Source: Mobula hypostoma
Lineage: Eukaryota
Assembly (NCBI RefSeq): GCF_963921235.1
Contig: NC_086108.1
Span: 18,786,001 to 18,850,000, forward strand
Length of the DNA: 64,000 nt
Reading direction: 5' to 3'
In this document: positions 25,681 through 38,539 of the stretch, piece after piece
Numbering within the stretch: position 1 is the first letter of the stretch
Layout: each line of letters opens with the position of its first letter
Program-made: the position numbers and the translations under genes
Notes under the pieces: model-generated
Seen by the model: the letters and a program-made list of their open reading frames with translations, nothing else
Databases searched by the model: none
Told to the model about the DNA's origin: nothing

Positions 25681-26150
25681 CACTGGGAGTGGTGAGTTTG
25701 GAATGAACTATTGCATTGGGGAAAGGTGTGAGAGGGAATACATTATTATACTAGGAATGGTGAGTGCAAGAATAAATTATTACCTGGGGAGCTTTGAGTA
25801 TGTGATTGAGTTATTACACTGGGAATATTGTGTGTGGGAGTGAATTGTTACGTTAGAAATGGTGAGATGGGAATCAATTATTGCACTGGGGACTGTGAGT
25901 GTGGGAATAATTTCTTACATCGAAACAGTGAGTGTGAGTGATTTATTACACCAGAATGGTGAGTGTGCAAATGAATTATCTGACTAGAAATGGTGAGTTG
26001 GGAATGAATTATTACTCTGAGAACAGTGAGTGTGGAAAAGAATGATTGAACTGGGAGCAGTGAGTGCAGGAATGAACTGGTTACTAAGTTATTGCCAGAC
26101 CTGTGTTACTGAGTACGGAATAGTCCAGTATGAGAAAAAGTAATTACTCT
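25681..26150. repeat. Degenerate ~33-bp minisatellite (about 12 units); continues at about 28125-28460
   Basis: Unit approximately ttattacactgggaacagtgagtgtgggaatgaa. Confidence 0.8.
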
Positions 26151-26264
26151 GGCAAACAATGTGGTAGTACATAGGACTATTACACTGTTTTGCACTAGTT
26201 ATTTATTTTTGTAACATAGTAATTTTTATATCTTGCACTAGACTGCTACCACAAAGCAACAAAT

Positions 26265-28080
26265 GCTTTGTATTTAATGAATACTTTACTTCAGTATTCA
26301 CTATGGAAAAGGACTTTGGCGATTCTAGGGATGACTTATAGCAGACTGAAAAGCTTGAGCATATAGACATTAAGAAAGAGGATGTGCTGGAGCTTTGGAA
26401 AGCATCAAGTTGGATAAGTCACCGCGACCGGACGAGATGTACCCTTCTGTCTCTTCTTTCAGTTAGTCCTGACGAAGGGTCTCGGCCCAAAACGTCGACT
26501 GCACCTCTTCCTAGAAATGCTACCTGGCCTGCTGCATTCACCAGCAACTTTGATGTGTGTTGCTTGAGACGTACCCTAGCCTACTATGGGAGGCGAGGAA
26601 GAGATTGCTGACTGCTGGCAATGATCTATGCATCATCAATGGGGACAGGAGAGGTTCTGGATGATTGGAGAGTTGCAGATGTTTTCCCTTATTCAAGAAA
26701 GGCAGTAGAGATAGCCCAGGAAATTATAGACAAGTGAGTCTTACTTCAGTGGTTGGTAAGTTGATGGAGAAGATCCTGAGAGGCAGGGTTTGTGAACATT
26801 TGGAGAGGCATAATATGATTAGGAATAGTCAGCATGGCCTTGACAAAGGCAGGTCGAGCCTTACGAGCCTGATTGAATTTTTTGAGGATGTGACTAAACA
26901 TATTGTTGAAGATAGAGTAAGTAGATGTAGTGTGTATGGATTTCATCACGGCATTTGATAAGATACCCCATGCGAGGCTTATTGAGAAAGTAAGGAGGCA
27001 TGGGATCCAAGGGGACCGGAATGCAGAATTGGCTTGCCTGCAGAAGGCAAAGAATGGTTGTAGATGGGTCATATTCTGCGTAGTGGTGTCCCTCAGGGAT
27101 CTGTTCTGGGATCCCTTCTCCGAGATTTTTATAAATGACCTGGATGAGGAAGTGGAAGGATGGATTAGTAAATTTGCTGATAACATAAAGGTTGGGGGTG
27201 TTGTGGATAGTGTGGAGGGCTGTCAGAGGTTACAGCGGGACAATGAGAGAATACAAAACTGGATTGAGGAGTGACAGATGGAGTTCAACCCAGATAAGTG
27301 TGTGGAGGTTCATTTTGGTCGGTCAAATACGATTGCAGAATATAGTGTTCATAGCAAGACTCTTGGCAGTGTGGAAGATCAGAGGGATCTTGGGGTCTGA
27401 GTCCACCGCACACTCAAAGCTGCTGTGCAGGTTGACTCCGTGGTTAAAAAGGCATATGGTGCATTAGCCTTCATCAACCATGGGATTGAGTTTAAGAGCC
27501 AAGAGGTAATTTTACAGCTTTATAGTACCCTGGTCAGACCCCACTTGGAGTACTGTGCTTAGTTCTGGTCACCTCACTACAGGAAGGATGTGGAAACTAT
27601 AGAAAGGGTGCAAAGGAGATTTACAAGGATGTTGCCTGGATTGGGGAGCATGCCCTATGAGAATAAGTTGATTGAACTTGGCCTTTTCTCCTTGGAGCGA
27701 CAGAGGATGAGAGGTGACTTGATAGAGTTGTACAAGGTGATGAGAGGCATTGATCGTGTGGATAGTCAGAGGCTTTTTCCCAGGGCTGAAATGGCTAACA
27801 CGAGAGGGCACAATTTTAAGGTGCTTGGAAATAGGTAGCGGGGGATGTCAGGGGTAAATTTTTTATGCAAGGAGTGGTGAGTGCATGGAATGGGCTGCCA
27901 GCGACTGTGGTATAGGTGGATACACTCGTGTCTTTTAAGAGACTCTTGGAGAGGTACATGGAACTTAGAAAAATAGAGGGCTATGGGTAACCCTAGGTAA
28001 TTTCTAAAATAAGTACATGTTTGGCACAGCATTGTGGGCCAAAGGGCCTGTATTGTGCTGTAGGTTTTCTATGTTTCTAT
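26265..28080 (+). mobile_element. CR1 LINE 3' part inserted in a Rex-type tail
   Basis: RT fragments (ORFs 26665, 26930, 27590); the host tail acaaat|ttcatgacatatgt is split at 26264/28081. Confidence 0.93.
26446..26564 (+). mobile_element. Solo PLE terminal repeat with mutated hammerhead
   Basis: Near-reverse-complement of 22988-23100; TSD cgagatgtaccct / tgagacgtaccct; core GAAA changed to AAAA. Confidence 0.88.
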
Positions 28081-28849
28081 TTCATGACATATGTCCATGA
28101 CAATAAACCAGTTTCTAATTCTGTGAGAATGCCTTGTGGAAACATGCAGTGTAAGATTTAGTTACCACACGGGAGAACAGCATCGTGTAAGAATTAATTA
28201 TTACAGTAGAAAGCAATGCAAACCTTACACTGGAAAAGTGAAATGAGCAAAAGTGTAGAATTCAGTGGAGCATTTTCAGAACAGTCATTACACTTGGTTT
28301 GAGAGGAGTTAATGGTTACACTGGTTAACTGTGTATATGCTTTCATAGTGCAATATTATATTTCTTTATTACACTGGGGATCAGTGCAAAGCGAGAATTA
28401 CTAATTAAACAAGGGAAAAGTGTGGAGTGAGAATTAGTTATCAAGCTGGGGAATATTACATAAGCCTTGATTGCTTTAATATCTAAAAACCTATCACTCT
28501 CCAATTTAAATATCCTCGGTGACTGAGTCTCCATCCTTCCATGTTAATCCTTTCCCCCCCACACTTGGCTAAGAGGTCACCCCTCAGCCTCCTACACCAT
28601 CATTTTGTGCCATGTCCTATGATGTGGGCGATCATCATCTGCCATCTGTACCCATCTGACCCCAAGCATTATCAATACTCTTCCGAGATTGTCTGCTTGG
28701 CACCAGAGGTTGTAGAACCAGGGCTTATGATATGCACCAGCTGCTCATACAACCATCCACTACCTGCTCCCATGGTTTCACATGATTGTGATCAGGGGTT
28801 GGGGGGATAAGCAGGTGACCTGAAAGCTAGCAGAGCCAACATCTAGTCT

Positions 28850-31800
28850 TTCATTATAAGTCAAGCCCATCCATCCTAGTAACAACCTTGAGAATCTTTC
28901 TGCAGCCTTTCCAGCTTAATGACATCATTCCTATTTCTAAACAACCAGAAATGTATACAACACTCCAAGTACTGTCCTATCCAAGTCTTGTACATCTGTA
29001 AGATGACGTCCCAACTCTTGCACCCAATGCCCTGAGCAATGAAGACAAGCAGATTTAGCTTTTCCCATCTCTTCTCATAACTGAACTATTCCATCCCAGG
29101 CAACATCCTGGTGAATCTCCGCTGCATCTTTTCCAGCACTATCACATCCTTCATACATCCTCGTGGACACAACTACACTGAATACTCTAGCTGAGGCGTG
29201 ACCAAGACTTTATAAAGTTGGAGCATAACCTCCCTACTTCTGAATTCATTGCTCTGTCTAGTGAAGGTCAGTGTCCCATATGTTAGTTACTTCAAGGACC
29301 TATGGACATACAGAGGTGTGTCCATAGATCCTTGAAGTGAGACGTGAATTAGCTAAGATAGACTGGCAAATGACACTTGAGACGTGAATTAGCTAAGATA
29401 GACTTGCAAATGACACTTAAAGGGTTGACGGTGGATATGCAATGGCAAGCATTTAAAGATCGCATGGATGAACTACAACAATTGTTCATCCCAGCTTGGC
29501 AAAAGAATAAATCAGGGTGCACCCGTGGCTGACAAGGGAAATTAGGGATAGTATCAATTCCAAAGATGAAGCATACAAATTAGCCATAAAAAGTGGCTCA
29601 CCTGAGGACTGGGAAAAATTCAGAGTCCAGCAGAGGAGGACAAAGGGCTCAATTAGGAAAGGGAAAAAAGATTATGAGAGAAAACTGGTAGGGAACATAA
29701 AAACTGACTGTAAAAGCTTTTATAGATATATTAAATGAAAAAGATTGGTCAAGATAAATGTAGGTCCCCTACAGACAGAAACAGGTGAATTGATTATGGG
29801 GAACAAGGACATGGCGGACCAATTGAATAACTACTTTGGTTCTGTCTTCATAAGGAGGACATAAATAATCTTCCAGAAATAGTAGGGGACAGAGGGTCCA
29901 GAGAGATGGAGGAACTGAGGGAAATACATGCTAGTAGGGAAGTGGTGTTAGGTAAATTGAAGGGATTAAAGGCAGATAAATCCCCAGGGCCAGATGGCCT
30001 GCATCCCAGAGTGCTTGAGGAAGTAGCCCAAGAAATAGTGGATGCATTAGTGATAATTTTTCAAAACTCTTTAGATTCTGGACTACTTCCTGAGGATTGG
30101 AGGGTGGCTAATGTAACCTCACTTTTTTAAAAAGGAGGGAGAGAGAAACCGGGGAATTATAGACCGGTTAGCCTAACATCGGTGGTGGTGAAAATGCTAG
30201 AGTCAGTTATCAAAGATGTGATAACAGCACATTTGGAAAGCGGTGAAATCATCGGACAAAGTCAGCATGGATTTCTGAAAGGAAAATCATGTCTGATGAA
30301 TCTCACAGAATTTTTTGAGGATGTAACTAGTAGAGTGGATAGGGGAGAACCAGTGGATGTGGTATATTTGGATTTTCAAAAGGCTTTTGACAAGGTCCCA
30401 CACAGGAGATTAGTGTGCAAACTTAAAGCACACGATATTGGGGGTAAGGTATTGATGTGGATAGAGAATTGGTTGGCAGACTGGAAGCAAAGAGTGGGAA
30501 TAAACAGGACCTTTTCAGAATGGCAGGCAGTGACTAGTGGGGTACCACAAGGCTCAGTGCTGGGACCTCAGTTGTTTACAATATATATTAATGACTTAGA
30601 TGAGGGAATTAAATCCAGCATCTCCAAGTTTGCAGATGACACAAAGCTGGGCGGCAGTGTTTTCTGTGAGGAGTATGCTAAGAGGATGCAGAGTGACTTG
30701 GATAGGTTGGGTGAGTGGGCAAATTCAAGGCAGATGCAATTTAATGTGGATAAATGTGAGGTTATCCACTTTGGTGGCAAAAACAGGAAAACAGATTATT
30801 ATCTGAATGGTGGCCGATTAGGAAAAGGGGAGGTGCAACGAGACCTGGGTGTCATTATACACCAGTCATTGAAAGTGGGCATGCAGGTACAGCAGGCGGT
30901 GAAAAAGGCGAATGGTATGCTGGCATTCATAGCAAGAGGATTTGAGTACAGGAGCAGGGAGGTACTACTGCAGTTGTACAAGGCCTTGGTGAGACCACAC
31001 CTGGAGTATTGTGTGCAGTTTTGGTCCCCTAATCTGAGGAAAGACATCCTTGCCATAGAGGGAGTACAAAGAAAGTTCACCAGATTGATTCCTGGGATGG
31101 CAGGACTTTCATATGATGAAAGACTGGATCGACTAGGCTTATACTCATTGGAATTTAGAAGATTGAGGGGGGATCTTATTGAAACATATAAAATCCTGAA
31201 GGGATTGGACAGGCAAGATGCAGGAAGATTGTTCCCGATGTTGGGGAAGTCCAGAACGAGGGGTCACAGTTTGAGGATAAAGGGGAAGCCTTTTAGGACC
31301 GAGATTAGGAAAAATTTCTTCACACAGAAAGTGGTGAATCTGTGGAATTCTCTGCCACAGGAAACAGTTGAGACCAGTTCATTGGCTATATTTAAGAGAG
31401 AGTTAGATAAGGCCCTTGTAGCTAAAGGGATCGGGGGTATGGAAGGAAGGTTGGTACAGGGTTCTGAGTTGGATGATCAGCCATGATCATACTGAATAGT
31501 GGTGCAGGCTCGAAGGGCCGAATGGCCTACTCCTGCACCTATTTTCTATGTTTCTATGTTACAGTACTCTAAGTCTCGTAGTTCTTCAATGCTCCCCAAG
31601 GCCTTACCATCCACAATGTGTGTCCTAGCCTCATTAGTACTACTTAAATGTATCATTTCACACATCAGCCATATTTCAACCCATGTCAGCAATTCCCCTC
31701 GATTATCTCTCTACGCCCTAAAAATATCTTCCACACCATTAATAACTCCACTAGTCTTCATGTCATGCACAAACTTACTGTTCACTCCTTCCATATCCAC

Positions 31801-32700
31801 ACCCACGTCACTAACTGGTATTAGAAACAGCAAGTGACGATTTTTGTAGGTCACCAGTAGTCACAGGCATCCAACCACAAAACAATCCTCTATTGCCCTC
31901 CATCAGCTTGCCTTAGATCCCAGAAGCCCCCTAACCTTTTGAACCAGTCTCCCATGTGGGACCTCATCTAATACTTTACTAAAGTCATGTAAATCGCATC
32001 TACTACCCTGCAATCATTAATATAATTCACACTTTTAAAGAATGCAATCAGATTGACCAGACAAGATCTACTTTTGACAAAGCCATGCTGGCTGCCTGTA
32101 ATTAATCTCTGCCCATCATTACTCCTGTCCCTCAGAATTTTTCCCAGCACCTTCCCTACTGCTGATGTTCGGCTCACTGGTCCACACAACCAGTCTTTTC
32201 CTTGTTTGAAAAAAGACCACATTTGTTGTTCACGAGTCATCTAGTACCTCAGTTGTGTCCAGCAAATACTTAAACATCTCAGCCAGAGCCCCATCAAACT
32301 CCCATAGCAACCCTCGCCTTCATCCCATAGCAACCTTCCTAAGGATAAATACCACTGGTTCACTAAATCTGCAAAGGCTTCGACTAGCTACTCTTTATTT
32401 GTGGAGATTTTCACCTACCTTTTTAGTGAACCCTCCAACTATCATGTCTATTTCCTTTGTGAATACTCATGAAATGTACAATTTTTAGGACCTAATCTAC
32501 TATATACCTCCTGACTCCACGCACAAATTCCTCATATGCTCCCTACTGGGCCCTACTTATCCTTTGCTATTCGTTTGAACTTACACAATACTAGGTATTC
32601 TTGGCATCATATCAAGCTTTCTTTTTTCCATCACTAATATCACCAATTTCCACATGACTCCAGCCTAATCTTATCTTTCCTGCTTCTGAAATACTTTTCC
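28850..32700 (-). mobile_element. Old CR1 (host of the 29338-31560 insertion)
   Basis: Reverse RT motifs, e.g. QHGFVKSRSCLVNLIAFF (ORF 31968-32240), on both sides of the insertion. Confidence 0.75.
29338..31560 (+). mobile_element. Young 5'-truncated CR1 LINE; RT ORF 30182-31486 (434 aa)
   Basis: [37 protein letters not shown]; (TTTCTATG)n tail. Confidence 0.97.
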
Positions 32701-33087
32701 AAACACCAACCCTGCCCCTCTACAGTATTGACTTTTAGTCTACAAATAGGCTCTCTAACTCCTCCTGCACTCCTCCGTTTCCAGCCCCTCCAGCCCCCAA
32801 TCCCATACCGATCACCCAGAATCTGGCATTTGCAGCTTCTGCTATCAGAATCCTAAATACTGGAATTCCCTCCTTCAGCCTCTCCAGGTTTTTCACACTC
32901 TCACTTCCACTAACTTTCTTGGAATTTTGGATACATAGATTAATTTTGGATATTAAAAGAATCACCGGAGGGATATGGGGTTGGAACAGCAGACGACGCT
33001 GAGGTTAAAGGTCAACCATGACTTTTTTAATTGACAGAATAAATATGAGGAGCTAAATAGCCTACTCTGGCTTTTAAATCCTACTGT

Positions 33088-33547
33088 CAATAGACAATAG
33101 ACAATAGGTGCAGGAGTAGGCCATTCGGCCCTTTGAGCCAGCACCGCCATTCACTGTGAATCATGGCTGATCATCCACAATCAGTATCTAGTTCCTGCCT
33201 TATCCCCATAACCTTTGATTCCGCTATCTTTAAGAGCTCTATCCATCTCTTTTTTGAAAGCATCCAGAGACTTGGCCTCCACAGCCTTCTGGGGCAGAGC
33301 ATTCCATATATCCACCACTCTCTGGGTGAAAAAGTTTTTCCTCAACTCCGTTCTAAATGGCTTACCCTTAATTCTTAAACTATGGCCTCTGGTTCTGGAC
33401 TCACCCATTAGCGGGAACATGCTTCCTGCCTCCAGCGTGTCCAATCCCTTAATAATCTTATATGTTTCAATAAGATCCCCTCTCAGCCTTCTAAATTCCA
33501 GAGTATACAAGCCCAGTCGCTCCAATCTTTCGACATATGACAGTCCG
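33088..33547 (-). mobile_element. CR1 3' fragment
   Basis: ORF 33181-33585 LSYVERLERLGLYTLEFRRLRGDLIE; (caataga)n tail. Confidence 0.93.
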
Positions 33548-33708
33548 GCCATATTTGTCCTTCCAAATACGTTTTTGATCAGCATTTTTTAATCACCTTC
33601 TTGATCTGGGTGTCAACCTTTGTTTGACAATTCTCCTATAGAGTGGTCTGCATATGAAAGATTCCATGTAAATGCAAGTTGTTGCCACACCAGAAAGACA
33701 CTTTTATA

Positions 33709-34012
33709 TCACTGGTAAATATGAAAATTAGGATAACTTGCTTCCACTCTGCGTGGAACATCCTGTACCTCATACTTGCAAAATTTTGCCATATGAGCGT
33801 ATCTGACAAACTCAATTTGCCAAGCTTCGAGGTGAAATATTAAAGGAATCTCCAAGGGTTGAACTCTAGAGATGTCACGTAAAGTTGACTTGACCCAAGC
33901 ACATAAAAACAGCTGAAGAGACAGGATTGGATTCTCCTCATGCTGTGCAATGCACTTCTTCGAGATCCTGACCTTTGACCAATGACCCTGGTCTCTTCCG
34001 TAAAAGACATCC
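33709..34012 (-). CDS. Candidate last coding exon of a SMAD-MH2/IRF-IAD-like gene
   Basis: Acceptor ctctgtag|G (phase 2). Open frame DVFYGRDQGHWSKVRISKKCIAQHEENPILSLQLFLCAWVKSTLRDISRVQPLEIPLIFHLEAWQIEFVRYAHMAKFCKYEVQDVPRRVEASYPNFHIYQ*. ATTAAA at 33593-33588. Alternative donor at 33769 and alternative acceptors near 34019 and 34082. Confidence 0.55.
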
Positions 34013-34369
34013 CTACAGAGCTGGAGTGTGGGTGTGATGGTGGAGAGGAGGGGATTGATCGTAGTTGGGGGTGGGGGGCAACCTGCAAGAAGAGATGGAT
34101 GGGAAAAGAGGTCAAGCCCCTGTCTAATAATAGAAGTTGATCCAAGTCACTTCTCCACTTGATTTACAGAATCGGACTGTCAGACATAAAGCTGACCACA
34201 GAGATACACTACATTCAGTCAAAAGGCCATTTAAACAGCATCTGTTACTCAAAGCAAAGCAGCAGGGTCTGAAGCCATTGTGCCTCGAGACTGCCGGTCA
34301 TACTGTGACCAAAAAAGGTAGAAAGCCTTTATGATTTTCTTTACAAACATGCCGAGCTGCTTCAGGGCA

Positions 34370-34720
34370 TCGGTGATCTGGATGAAGGAATTGATGGTAT
34401 TGTGGTCAAGGTTTCAGACAATATGAAGATAGGTGGATGAATAGACTGTGTTGCAGGGGCAGGGAGACTGCAGGAGCTCATGAACAGGTTGGGAGAGTGG
34501 GCAAAGAAGTGGCAGATGAAATACAGAATAGTGAAGTGTAAGGTTATGCTCTTTGATAGGAAGAATAAAGGGAAATAAATGGGAAGAATATTCAGTTATC
34601 AAAGACATAAAAGGATGTAAAAAATTTGGTTCAGGATTCCCTTAAGGTTAACTTGCAGGTTAAGTAAGCAGTCAAAAAAGCAAATGCAATGTTTTCATTC
34701 ATTTCAAGAGGACTAGAAGC
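34370..34720 (+). mobile_element. CR1 RT fragment
   Basis: gatctggatgaaggaattgatgg...gagtgggcaaagaagtggcagatg. Confidence 0.8.
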
Positions 34721-35059
34721 ACAGAACTGACATGCTAGCTAAGCAATGGATGTTGTCACAAGATATCTCTTAATGTAGTAATACCACAGAATATTTAATG
34801 CTCATTTGCACAGGGAGACAGATGAACCATTCATTTGAAGGCTGGCCCCTCCATTAGTGTGACTTTCAGTCAGTACTGAGGTTAACTCACTGGAGTGGGA
34901 CTTCACCTCTTTTGGCTCACACTGGCATCGGATCCAGACTAATTCAGTGCTCAAGCACGTAACAGACTGAGAGTGAGCTGCAGGAACCACAGGGGGCAGA
35001 GGGTTGTAGGCTGGGTGGGGGAGGTGTTAATGTATGTAGATGTGCACACATACCATTTT

Positions 35060-35345
35060 CCACACCAACTCATTCACATTAATCCTTTCTTATATTCTTC
35101 CTACATTCCTATCAACTCCACACTCTCCCCAGATCCTTTGTTCACTGACACAGTAGGGGCAATTGACAGTGGCTAATTAACCTATTCACCCACACGTCCC
35201 TAGGATGTGGTGCTGTGGGGGAATGGGAGAACCCCACACAGTCAAAGTGAGAACTTGCAAACTCCACACAGACTGCACCCAAAGTCAGGATTGAACCTGG
35301 GTCTCTGGAAGTGTAAGACACCAGCTCTACCAGCTGCCCCACTAG
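35060..35345 (-). mobile_element. HE1/V-SINE; another fragment at about 37070-37300
   Basis: tRNA-like head in reverse (aggattgaacctgggtctctgg) and gcaaactccacacagac core. Confidence 0.75.
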
Positions 35346-36077
35346 ACAACACCATATTCAGGGATAGAAGACAAGGAAGTCAACATGTCGCGTGTCCAAT
35401 CACAATCTGATGACACTGACCACATTTATATGGATGCCCACAGGGCCAAGATACCTAATTGGACATTAAACATCAGTAGAACTGACAAAATAGAGAAAGA
35501 CTATTCAGCCCAAGAAGGTGGTGCTATGATTAGGTACACATCAGCCTCCTCTCACTTCTCTCCACATTAACTATTCCTTTCTCTTTCAGGTATCCAGAGC
35601 AGCACCCATTCCTGGCACTGCCTGATCACCATGGAGAGTAAAGAGAACTTCAGGAGGAAGGAGTAATCATGGCAGGAATTTGCTCAGGGAGCATTGGCTG
35701 GTAACCAATTCAGTGAGTGGCCAGCGGGTGAGTAACAGATAGGAAATGGGGTGACAGCGATTCAGGAGGCGATTCACACGGCGCTGGAGCAAGAGTTGGT
35801 GCAAAGGTTGAAGGACGGGGAGCTGAGCAATGATAGGGGTGAGGAACAGAGATTGGGGTAAATACCAATGGATGCTTAGGCAGCAACAACAGCACAGAAG
35901 AAGGAAGCCTTTAAGGAAGAATTCTTAACACAGACCCTCCCTGACAGCATTTGGATGCCATTGATAACCTATTTCTGTAGGCTCTGGGGAGGCTTCCAGA
36001 AAAGACTGCTTCATGCATAGGTTTTGACTGCACCAAGTATAACAAACATAATCCTGCCCTGTTAGGTCGATATTCAG

Positions 36078-36078
<1 letters not shown>

Positions 36079-36125
<47 letters not shown>

Positions 36126-36338
36126 ACTCACACACGCACACACACACAGATATGCACATGTGCACACATATACACATACATACATCAGTTCATACTCTCT
36201 ACTAAATACACAATAGTATCCACAGATTTACACAGCTCCATGCATACCCTCTCACACACACGTACATGCACAGATATGCATTGACACACACACACACACC
36301 TTATACGTACATACACTCACAGACACCACACACACACA
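36079..36338. repeat. (CA)n microsatellite and CA-rich low-complexity tract
   Basis: Perfect (CA)n at about 36079-36123. Confidence 0.95.
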
Positions 36339-37749
36339 GGTATAGAATCCTAATAACCTCCCTCTGACAAGTGTACAAAACTCATACATAGAGCCCTACA
36401 CATACCCTTGAACAATATACGCTTTTCCTTCGAGTAGTGTCAAATCCCTTCATTTTCATTCCTCCAAAGATTTTGCAGTGTACATTCCATTTGTCTCTGA
36501 ACAAACATTCTGACTATGCCTGTGGAATGTTATCGTGCCTGAGGTGGTAAGTGACACGCCTGATGACTGCGTATTAGTGAAACCATTAGGCCAGAGTGCT
36601 TGAAGTATGGCAGATGATTATATTATGACTTTCATCGAATCCACCTGCTTCACTGGAATCCTTTCTTCTCACCCATTTACTGAACTGAGTTCAGTTCCAG
36701 TGAGGCACGGCTTGAGGGCTGACTAGTCAGAAAGGGGACTCCCAGACAGATATCTATAAAATGTTGACCATTGATTGCATTGCAATGCTTCTGCACATCA
36801 ACTGTGTTAGGACTGCATGTTGGATAAAATTCCAGCTGGAAGTGAGGTGTGTGCTAGGTGACATGACACAGGAGGTTGATATCAAAGGTTTATTAGGGCA
36901 GAGACCAGAACATTATGACTGTTGTTTGAGGGATGCAGAGGGCTTACACTGTGGCTTTGTTGAAAAACTCCTTGAAAATATAAACCAGATGGTTCTGGAG
37001 TCTACAGATGAGGACAAGCCCTTTAGACTATGATGAATGTCAAGCATGTATTTACTCTGGCCCAAAACTAATCCTTATTCTCCCCACATTATCTGTTCTA
37101 GATTGTCTCAGTCACAAACACTAGGGAGAATTTACAGTGGCCAATTGACCTTCCAACCCAATATCTTTGGGGTGTGGGAGGAATCCCAAGCACCCAGAAA
37201 CATGGGTGATTACAGAGAGAATGTGCAAACTCCACCCTGACATTACCCGAGGTCAGGACTGAACCCAACAATGAGGGAGCTGCAACATTGAACCACTACT
37301 GTTATAAGAACACAGAGCACAGAACAGCACAGCAGAGTATTGGCCATTCAGCCCACACTGTTGTTCCAACCACTCAATCTACTCCAAGATCAATAAAGTC
37401 ATCCCATCCCACATAGCCCTCCATTTTTATTTCATCCAAGATCGTGCATCATCCAATAAACAAATGTTCATCTGGTTCTCTTCTCCCTGATGGCCTATCT
37501 CTTTCAGGAGTTAAGCTTGAGTTGACTCACAGTAATACATCACATCACCAGAACCAATTGATGTTGCCTTGGCTCCAACCCAGGTCCAGCTGCATCAATC
37601 GCTCACAGAACTCCATACCCCTGTAGGAACCACAGATAAACATCCTGAACTAGTGAATGCCAAACTGCCTACTAACTGCCATCCAGACAGGAAGTAAAAC
37701 ACTCCTAATCCAGCATTCTTCGGATTTTGGCAGGTTTTCCAGATTATTA

Positions 37750-37850
37750 GCAACACACACAAAATGCTGGAGGAACTCAGCAGGCCAGGCAGCATCTATG
37801 GAAACGAGTATAGTCAACTTTTCGGGCTAAGAACCTTCATCAGTCCTGGA
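37750..37850 (-). mobile_element. PLE terminal-repeat relic with degenerate hammerhead
   Basis: Reverse strand CTGATGAaggttcttagcccGAAAagttgact; caacacacacaaaatgctggaggaactcagc end. Confidence 0.7.
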
Positions 37851-38539
37851 TCTCAATGTTAACCATAAAAGCCCAATACCTACAGCCCCAGGATGGGGAA
37901 TTCTATCAGTCAGAAGTCCTCCTGATGAAGACATTTCTTGTCTTGACACTCTCCTGCCAGGGCAATTGGTCTGTTGTTGATTACAACAGGTCCTACAGGT
38001 TATGAATTGACTGAGGATTGGAATCACCAATCATTTTAGATTGGTGGCTCCAATCCTCTGATCCTGCTAGTATGAGCCTCACAACTTACTCAGCTCACTC
38101 TGAGAATACTACTGAAGTTCAAGTTGACCCATCACAATGGAGTCTGGCAGAACGACCATTGAATATTTCCAGAACTCAGCCTGCTGTCCCACTCTCTTAG
38201 CCATGGGTAAGACTTGTTTCTGTAAAGATGTCCTGGGATTGGGATGATAGACCCATCAACAACTGCAGGTGTGCGTTGTGATTCCAGTCATTGGAGTGTT
38301 ATTCCCCTGTTGCCCGGTGAGTTCAGTTTTATCAGGGCTCCTTGACACCACATTTGGCCAAATGTCTAGATGTCAAGGGCAGCCACCTCAATTCTGGTTC
38401 AAGTTTGGACCAAGGCCATGACGAGGTCTGGAGGTGAGTACTCCTGGCAAAAATCACAGTGGGCATGTATGAGTAGGTTATTGGTAAAGAGATGCCACCA
38501 TAGCATTGACACTTTCCATCATTTTACTGATGAGTCTAG

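Noticed and set aside
25681..26150. Regularly spaced ~33-bp units resembling a CRISPR array
   Set aside because: The units are degenerate tandem copies without unique spacers; no cas genes; vertebrate context.
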